Shown here piece after piece: positions 57,819 to 64,000 of a DNA stretch of 64,000 bases. The DNA comes from Patescibacteria group bacterium. GTDB taxonomy: Bacteria; Patescibacteriota; Patescibacteriia; UBA11705; JABHMO01. A program made the position numbers and the translations under genes. The stretch lies in the NCBI GenBank assembly GCA_018818405.1, contig JAHIRY010000017.1, positions 7,563-71,562 on the forward strand, given 5' to 3'. The notes below the pieces were generated by a model. That model was not told the origin of the DNA and did not search any database. It worked only from the letters and a program-made list of their open reading frames with translations. Position 1 is the first letter of the stretch, and every line of letters begins with the position of its first letter.

Positions 57819-57947
57819 GGTTGCTACCACCGCAGCGTGCGGGGCAGGCGAATTATAATTACGCAATTAAAAATTTATATTTTGTTACATGCTACATGTT
57901 ATGTGCTACATGATTAGTGCTCCTTGCTAAGTGTTCCTTGCTCCCTG
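57819..57947 (+). repeat. Modular intergenic repeat, copy 2
   Basis: GGTTGCTACCACCGCAGCGTGCGGGG, CGAATTATAATTACGCAATTAA, GCTACATGTTATGTGCT, GTGCTCCTTGC..GTG.TCCTTGCTCCCTG. Confidence 0.85.
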
Positions 57948-58038
57948 CGGATTACTACACACGATAATTCATTACTTGACAAAACATGATAATTGCTATA
58001 ATATTTTCTTTCGGTTCCCCCTAACAAAGGAGAGCATC

Positions 58039-58470
58039 ATGTGCAAGAATTGCGGACATGAAACAAAACAAGGAGAATGGAAATTCAGACATTTCAAGGA
58101 CTCAGAGCATAACTGCAACGATCTCTGGAATCAAGCAATGTTTTTTGTCAGGGACAAAAAATTGGCATTTGATGAATTCAAAATTGCAGTAAATTCAATT
58201 CCCCGTTCGACGACATATTGCGGCGGTCATACCTCCAACTATGTGGAAAACTGTGTAACGGTTGTTTATCTGGATCGAGATTCGGATCAGCTAGTTGCCA
58301 AGTCTGACTGTGAATGCGGCAAACAAATCGACATGGAACCTGCAGATTCGCTTGTTGCGGAAAATCTCGCTCCGACTCGAGAATGTGCCGATAATCTCGA
58401 TAGTGAACCAGTGCCGCTGCATCGGCTTCTCGACAAGTTGGATCGCACAACCCCAAAGAATAGCGTATAA
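58039..58470 (+). CDS. Cys-rich hypothetical protein
   Basis: SD AAAGGAG, upstream TTGACA and TGCTATAAT, terminator about 58494-58525; CKNC, YCGGH, CECG. Confidence 0.72.
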   Translation: MCKNCGHETKQGEWKFRHFKDSEHNCNDLWNQAMFFVRDKKLAFDEFKIAVNSIPRSTTYCGGHTSNYVENCVTVVYLDRDSDQLVAKSDCECGKQIDMEPADSLVAENLAPTRECADNLDSEPVPLHRLLDKLDRTTPKNSV

Positions 58471-58540
58471 AAACGCGACTATCTTCAATTATCCGCTTTG
58501 CCCCATGTGGCGAGCGGTCTTTTTTCATTACGAATCTATA

Positions 58541-58748
58541 GGTTGATACCACCGCAGCGTGCGGGGTTCCGCTCACAGCGGGACGAATTATAATTACGCA
58601 ATTAAGGATTTTAATTTGTGATTTGGAATTTCGAATTTATAATTTGTTTCGGATTTCAGATTTCGAACTTAGGATTTTAATTGTGCTACATGTTATATGT
58701 TATGTGCTACATGTTATGTGCTCCTTGCCAAGTGCTCCTTGCTCCCTG
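58541..58748 (+). repeat. Modular intergenic repeat, copy 3 (longest)
   Basis: Same modules as copies 1 and 2 plus a TTCGAAT/TTCGGAT heptamer block. Confidence 0.85.
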
Positions 58749-61697
58749 TCACTTCCTAAACTCGCAAATCTCCTTATAAGCGCAATACGGACACAAAAAC
58801 GGATTCGGATTCGGATCGAATTTCTGCGCTCTTATATTTTCAATGTTTTCCAAAAATTTTTCCTTCAACTTTATCTTATCTTTTTCCTTTCCAATAAATG
58901 AAACTTTTTTGTCCCCTTCCAAATAATAATAAGACAACTTTTCCAAATTCAATTTCAACGCTTCCTCAGCCGCGATCTGATAAAACAAAAGCTGGCGGCG
59001 ATCTTCGGTTGAAAGTTTATCATCTTTTGTTTTTCCGGTCTTGTAATCAATAATTTCCGCATTGTCCCCCATCTCATCAATCCGATCAATGCGGCCGGAA
59101 AACAAATAATCTCCGATATGCAAGTGAAAAATTTGCTCCAAATTTTTTACCACCGGTTTTTCCGCCATAAAATTTCCGTAAAAATTTTTTAGCAAAAGTT
59201 TTCCTTTTTCATAATATTCTTCTTTTTGCTTTTTGTCTTCATACCAATCATCGTTCCAATTTTCATCATAAATTTCAAAAAGCCTTTTCAACGACAATTC
59301 CGTTTGATTCGAATTCTCAGGCGCGCCGAACAAATCCGGCTGAATCGAATTGCTATTTCGCAAAACTTCCTCGAGAAATTTCTGCAAAGTCGAATGAATG
59401 GCAGTACCAAAAGAAAAATGCGGACTGCCGAAAGTCGGTATTTTCAAAATATTGGCGAATTTATATTGCAATGGACAATTCTCATAAGTCTGCATCTGGG
59501 AAAAACTGAATTTCTTGGGCAATTCATATTTTATTTTTTTCAGCACAACTTCCGGCGCAACCATAATTTCTCCGTCATCCTTTTTCACCGCTTTTTCCGG
59601 CGCAGAATATCCGAGTTCATGGAGAAATCGAGACAACTTTTTTGCGCGAGCTCCGCCGTAATCTTCGGCTGAAGTGAAATACAATCCCTTTTTCGCGCGC
59701 GTCATGGCAACATAGAAAAGCCGGCGCTCTTCCTCCAAATGAAAGTCGCCTTCCGGCAATTTTTCTTTCAATAACGCAACCGGAATTTCAATCGGTTCCC
59801 TGCGTTCGTCCGTGGGAAATTTTCTGTCCACCAGATTCACAATAAAAACATAATCAAATTCCAAACCCTTTGCGCTGTGAATCGTCAAAATTCTCACCAT
59901 GTCCGGTCCGACGCTCGCGTCAAACGCCAGCTGGCCGGTCTCGCCCGCTTCCTGTTCCATTTTTATCAAATCAAGCAAATCGGAAACACGCGCACCGGGC
60001 GTGTTCGATTCCATTGTTTGCGCTTTTTTGAAAAATTGTTGTAAATAATTGAAATCATCATGCGACGCGCGATCGTCTTTTTGCTTCAAATATTCCAAAT
60101 AACCGCTGCCGTACAAAAAACTCATCAAAATTTCCGTCGGCTTTTTTGTTTTCAAGAGTTGGGAATCCTTGCTTATCTGCGCCAGCAATTTGTTTACTCG
60201 CTGGATATTTTCCGGATTTATTCCCTGCACCGCGGAAATCATTTGCATCGCATCATACAAAACCATTGATTTTTTTTTCGCGTAATGAACCAATTTCACA
60301 ATATCTTCCGCATCAATCTTCAAATGAGTCAAACTCAAAATCCGAAAAACCGCCGCGCTTTCATGATAATTGTCCAGCAATTTCAAATAATTTATCAGAT
60401 CAATCACAATCGGTTTGCAATACAATCCGCGCATGGCCGCGAATTGATACGGAATTCCCGCTTTTTCCAAACAGTTGATAAATATATTCGCGCTGTCATT
60501 CGCTCTGACCAGAATGGCAAAATCCGACCAGCTCGTTTTTTTTTCTTCGGCCAAATTCAAAATTTTCTTTACCACTGTTTCCGCTTCATCTTCCGCTGTC
60601 CGGCAATGCAAATGAGAAACTTCCGCGCCGCTTGAAATTGATTTTAATTTTTTATCGATGCCGAGCTTCACTTCCAGCCGATTCGGATTGTTCCGCCTGA
60701 TAAAGTTGTAAGAAGTGTCGAGAACTTCCTGATGCGATCGATAATTTTCCACGAGAACCACTTTGTCAGCCGCCGGGAAATCTTCCATGAACTTCATTAT
60801 ATTTGTAATGGAAGCGCCTCGGAATTTATAAATAGACTGATCATCATCGCCGACAACGGTAATATTGTTTTTCGGAGCTGCCAACATTTTTATCAATTCA
60901 TATTGAACAAAATTAGTATCTTGAAATTCATCAACCAAAATTTGTTTGAACTGCTGGCGATATTTTTCCAAAATAAGCGGACGTTCTCGAAATAATTTTA
61001 TGGAATAATTTATCAAATCAGCAAAATCCAAACTTTCATTTTCCAGCAACAATCGTTGATAAATATGAAACGCGTTTGCAATTTCTTCCACTCGCATTAT
61101 TTCACTTTTCATCAACTCTTTTCTCTCACCAACGGAAAATCCGGACAAATCAAGTTTTTTCACGAATTCGGTCGCATCATTGTTAAGTTTAATTTCCTCG
61201 GCGTATTGCAGATAATCTTCCGGATAAATTCCTTCATCTTTGCAGCGGGAAAAATGGCGTAAAAGAGCGTGAATGAATTTTGCCGGATTGCTGGCCGGCC
61301 GGTAATAATCGAGATTGAATTTTTCCAAATTTTTTCTGACCAACAGCCAAGTTGCGGTTCCATCCAGCAATTTATAATTATTCGGCAGTCCGATATCCAG
61401 CGCGTGCCGTTTCAGCAATTTGTCGCAAAAAGAATGAAATGTGGAAATCCACAAATCAACATATCCGTACGGCAACATTTGCAGGACGCGATCTTCCATT
61501 TCTTCCGACGCTTTCTCCGTGAAAGTCAGAGCCAGCAATTGATCGACATTCAAATTTTTTTCCAAAATCAACCAAGCGATCCTCGCGGTAATCACTCGAG
61601 TTTTTCCGGTTCCCGCGCCAGCGACAATGAGCTGAGGCCCGTCGCCGTGAGTTATCGCCTGAAGCTGTTCTTTGTTCGATTCGCTGAATAAGCTCAT
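58749..61697 (-). CDS. UvrD/PcrA-type SF1 helicase fused to a PD-(D/E)xK nuclease (AddA/AdnB-like)
   Basis: AGAGTGKT, VDEFQD, VGDDDQSIY.FRGA, TIHSAKGLEF, EERRLFYVAMTRA; GRIDRID...IIDYKTG; CP...CPYC.Y..IC. ATG 61697. Confidence 0.93.
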   Translation of the reverse strand: MSLFSESNKEQLQAITHGDGPQLIVAGAGTGKTRVITARIAWLILEKNLNVDQLLALTFTEKASEEMEDRVLQMLPYGYVDLWISTFHSFCDKLLKRHALDIGLPNNYKLLDGTATWLLVRKNLEKFNLDYYRPASNPAKFIHALLRHFSRCKDEGIYPEDYLQYAEEIKLNNDATEFVKKLDLSGFSVGERKELMKSEIMRVEEIANAFHIYQRLLLENESLDFADLINYSIKLFRERPLILEKYRQQFKQILVDEFQDTNFVQYELIKMLAAPKNNITVVGDDDQSIYKFRGASITNIMKFMEDFPAADKVVLVENYRSHQEVLDTSYNFIRRNNPNRLEVKLGIDKKLKSISSGAEVSHLHCRTAEDEAETVVKKILNLAEEKKTSWSDFAILVRANDSANIFINCLEKAGIPYQFAAMRGLYCKPIVIDLINYLKLLDNYHESAAVFRILSLTHLKIDAEDIVKLVHYAKKKSMVLYDAMQMISAVQGINPENIQRVNKLLAQISKDSQLLKTKKPTEILMSFLYGSGYLEYLKQKDDRASHDDFNYLQQFFKKAQTMESNTPGARVSDLLDLIKMEQEAGETGQLAFDASVGPDMVRILTIHSAKGLEFDYVFIVNLVDRKFPTDERREPIEIPVALLKEKLPEGDFHLEEERRLFYVAMTRAKKGLYFTSAEDYGGARAKKLSRFLHELGYSAPEKAVKKDDGEIMVAPEVVLKKIKYELPKKFSFSQMQTYENCPLQYKFANILKIPTFGSPHFSFGTAIHSTLQKFLEEVLRNSNSIQPDLFGAPENSNQTELSLKRLFEIYDENWNDDWYEDKKQKEEYYEKGKLLLKNFYGNFMAEKPVVKNLEQIFHLHIGDYLFSGRIDRIDEMGDNAEIIDYKTGKTKDDKLSTEDRRQLLFYQIAAEEALKLNLEKLSYYYLEGDKKVSFIGKEKDKIKLKEKFLENIENIRAQKFDPNPNPFLCPYCAYKEICEFRK

Positions 61698-61877
61698 ACG
61701 CCCAAATTTTATCATAATGCGAGTGAAAAAAAAAGCGCTCCGAAAATTTCCCAAGAAAGCCCTCCGATTCGCCATTATTCTCTTCAACAACCGAACTTGC
61801 GTCTATCCTTGAATATATATAATTTTATTGGTATTATAAAATCACGTTTTTCCTGAGCCAATCACTTGGAGGGTTCA

Positions 61878-62087
61878 ATGTGTCAGAAGGACGGCGTCGG
61901 TGGTAGTCTGTGTCCGTACTGCAAAACAAGGTTGGGAGAAACTCCCAACACTTTCTTTTGCAACAATGATCGATGTGTTGAACTCTATGTGAGGATAAAA
62001 CCTCAGCCGGCAGTGTTCTACACTATTCCGAATGATTCACTGAGCCAGGACGGAAGAAAAATGTTCCCCGCGCATCACGCGGGCTGA
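61878..62087 (+). CDS. Small zinc-ribbon-like hypothetical protein
   Basis: SD GGAGG, CPYC...CNNDRC, downstream hairpin with T-tract. Confidence 0.65.
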   Translation: MCQKDGVGGSLCPYCKTRLGETPNTFFCNNDRCVELYVRIKPQPAVFYTIPNDSLSQDGRKMFPAHHAG

Positions 62088-62253
62088 ACAAAAAAACAGG
62101 ACGTTTTCACGATTGAATTCGTCCTTTTGTTTTTATTAAAATCCCTTGCGTATAAACTTCTCGTTTCCTCAAATCACTGTGGAAAACATTTGTGAAGAAT
62201 GAATAATTTTGCTATTATATTATTAGCGTTAATTCGAATAAAATATAAATTTT

Positions 62254-63426
62254 ATGCAAATCGAAACTTATTTTTTTTATATTCTGCTTTTCGCGATCGC
62301 TACTTTTTTATTGTGGAAATACGGCAAAGACATTTTCCCTCGCCAATCAAGCGACCGATCAAAAAGAGTTCTCAGCCTTTATACGGCAGATCTGACTGAA
62401 AAAGCGAAACAAGGAAAAATCGATCCAGTGGTGGGCAGAGATAAAGAAGTGGAAAATCTCGTCAGGATTCTGAGCAGAAGAAATAAAAACAATCCCCTGC
62501 TTCTCGGCTCGGCCGGAGTCGGAAAAACCGCAATAGTTGAAGGCTTGGCTCTGAGAATTGCCGGCGGAGATGTGCCGAGCGTTCTCTCGGACAAAAAAAT
62601 TCTATCACTGAATATCGCGGACATGATCGGCGGAACAAAATATCGTGGAGAATTTGAAGAAAGAGTGAAAAAATTAGTTGAAGAAATTATTGCCGAGAGA
62701 AGAAGAATAATTTTATTCATTGATGAAATCCACAGCTTGATCCAAACCAAAGGAACGGAAGGATCGCTCAATATCAGCGACATATTAAAACCCGCGCTCG
62801 CCAGGGGCGAACTTCAGACAATCGGCGCTACCACCACGAAGGAATATGAACAATATTTCAAAACCGATGAAGCGCTGTCCCGCCGCTTTCAAATAATACA
62901 AGTGAGCGAACCGACCGCAAAACAAGCGCTGGAAATATTAAAAGGAATCAAAGGCGAATATGAAGCTTATCACAAAGTGGTTTTTTCCGAGAAAGCGTTG
63001 AGCTCGGCGGTAAACCTGTCCGTAAAATACATAAAAGGAAGACTTTTGCCGGACAAAGCAATCGATCTGATGGATGAAACCGGCGCTTTTGTGAATTTAT
63101 ACTCTTACGATCTGCCAAACCACGCGTTAAAATTGATTAGAACGGCAGCCAAAGACATTCACGCGCAAATTAAAAACGCGCCTGAAAAATTAAAAGGACT
63201 GCTCCGAGAATTGGAATCATTGAAAAAAGAAGAAGCCAAAACAAAAGACACTGAATCAAAGGATTCTGTCCAGCAAAGGATAATGGAACTGACAAAGGAA
63301 ATTTCTGATTGGGAAAAAAAAGATGCTCTGTCAAAACAAAAAAACAATCCGCCGGAAGTGACTGAAACTGATATAAAAAAGGTTTTGGCGCAGTGGCTTA
63401 ATATTGATGTAAAAAAAATTAAATAA
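62254..63426 (+). CDS. Membrane-anchored single-AAA Clp/Hsp100-like ATPase
   Basis: N-terminal TM, DPVVGR, GSAGVGKT, FIDEIH, GATT..EY, RRFQ, LPDKAID; ends before NBD2. Confidence 0.88.
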   Translation: MQIETYFFYILLFAIATFLLWKYGKDIFPRQSSDRSKRVLSLYTADLTEKAKQGKIDPVVGRDKEVENLVRILSRRNKNNPLLLGSAGVGKTAIVEGLALRIAGGDVPSVLSDKKILSLNIADMIGGTKYRGEFEERVKKLVEEIIAERRRIILFIDEIHSLIQTKGTEGSLNISDILKPALARGELQTIGATTTKEYEQYFKTDEALSRRFQIIQVSEPTAKQALEILKGIKGEYEAYHKVVFSEKALSSAVNLSVKYIKGRLLPDKAIDLMDETGAFVNLYSYDLPNHALKLIRTAAKDIHAQIKNAPEKLKGLLRELESLKKEEAKTKDTESKDSVQQRIMELTKEISDWEKKDALSKQKNNPPEVTETDIKKVLAQWLNIDVKKIK

Positions 63427-63436
63427 TAAGAAAACT

Positions 63437-63682
63437 ATGAAAACAAAAGTAAAGACTAAGTTAAGTACAAAACAAAAAGTTATGGTCGGCGTGACAGCGG
63501 CGGTATTGCTGTTTGCTGTCGGCGGATTTTTCACTGCGCTGGGAAAATCACAAGGTTTCGGATTCGGCTATCCGATCGTAAAAAGAGTTAAAACTGACGT
63601 AAAAACATTGATAAAAACTCCGACTCCATACAAAACTGCGACATTGAGACTGCCGGAAAGATTTCGCAACATGTTCCGATAA
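63437..63682 (+). CDS. Small basic single-TM protein
   Basis: 81 aa, one TM segment, operonic spacing. Confidence 0.6.
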   Translation: MKTKVKTKLSTKQKVMVGVTAAVLLFAVGGFFTALGKSQGFGFGYPIVKRVKTDVKTLIKTPTPYKTATLRLPERFRNMFR

Positions 63683-63685
63683 AGT

Positions 63686-64000
63686 ATGAGCCAGTTTCCG
63701 GAAAAAACTTTTAAATTAGCATTTTTGGGAATGGCCGTTGCCATTCCTTTGCTTTTAAACCCTTTCGGCTTCTTCCCTTTTGAAGCGGACAAGATTTTTC
63801 TTTTTCGAATAATCGTCAGCATAATGCTTTTCGTCTGGCTGTTGAGAATCGGCAGTTTCCAAAATTTGAAAACAAAATTATTGAATTTTTTCGAAGAAGT
63901 TCGCTGGTTGGATTTGCGATTTCTATTCTTGCTATTAACCGCTGTTTACGGATTGTCAATAATTTTTTCCATTGCTCCGGCGGAAAGCTTTTTCGGCTCA
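63686..64000 (+). CDS. Membrane protein (O-antigen ligase-like N-terminus), truncated by the window end
   Basis: MSQFPEK...IPLLLNPFGFFPFEADKIFLFR...SIAPAESFFGS, open to the window end. Confidence 0.6.
   Translation, partial: MSQFPEKTFKLAFLGMAVAIPLLLNPFGFFPFEADKIFLFRIIVSIMLFVWLLRIGSFQNLKTKLLNFFEEVRWLDLRFLFLLLTAVYGLSIIFSIAPAESFFGS

Noticed and set aside
57819-58748. Possible CRISPR array
   Set aside because: No regular repeat-spacer periodicity and no cas genes; the Cas4-like Cys pattern belongs to the helicase-nuclease fusion.
1-64000. Alternative genetic code (TGA recoding)
   Set aside because: Conserved genes are full-length in code 11 and several end at TGA.

Overview
A low-GC bacterial chromosomal segment (code 11; TGA acts as stop). 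It is most consistent with a Patescibacteria/CPR (Parcubacteria-like) genome, judged from the compact gene set, lineage-typical surface-protein repeats, short ProS and SD-less housekeeping genes; the lineage call is inference. Housekeeping content: queA, yhaM, fmt-def-priA, clpB (with CIRCE operator), gltX, ftsQ, alr, serS, lysS-greA, mrdA-mreDCB, proS, dciA-like, a UvrD-nuclease fusion and tRNA-Trp. Also present are a surface-glycan region (GT2/GT4, O-antigen ligase-like genes, two paralogous alkaline-phosphatase-superfamily proteins, a GH113-like protein, an aryl-sulfotransferase) and one complete IS1595-family element with an 8-bp target duplication. Main unusual signals: (1) about nine stand-alone genes, eight of unknown function, most with a near-consensus sigma70 promoter and all with a strong Shine-Dalgarno and terminator, whereas core genes have no SD; (2) a sharply bounded ~68% GC gene with internal SD-ATG starts and a structured leader, plus a GC-rich 31-aa membrane peptide; (3) a modular dispersed repeat that brackets one of these genes; (4) a PIN toxin broken by a T9 tract near a dif-like site; (5) several apparent pseudo-enzymes and unusual fusions. 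All calls are from motif recognition by eye; no searches were run.
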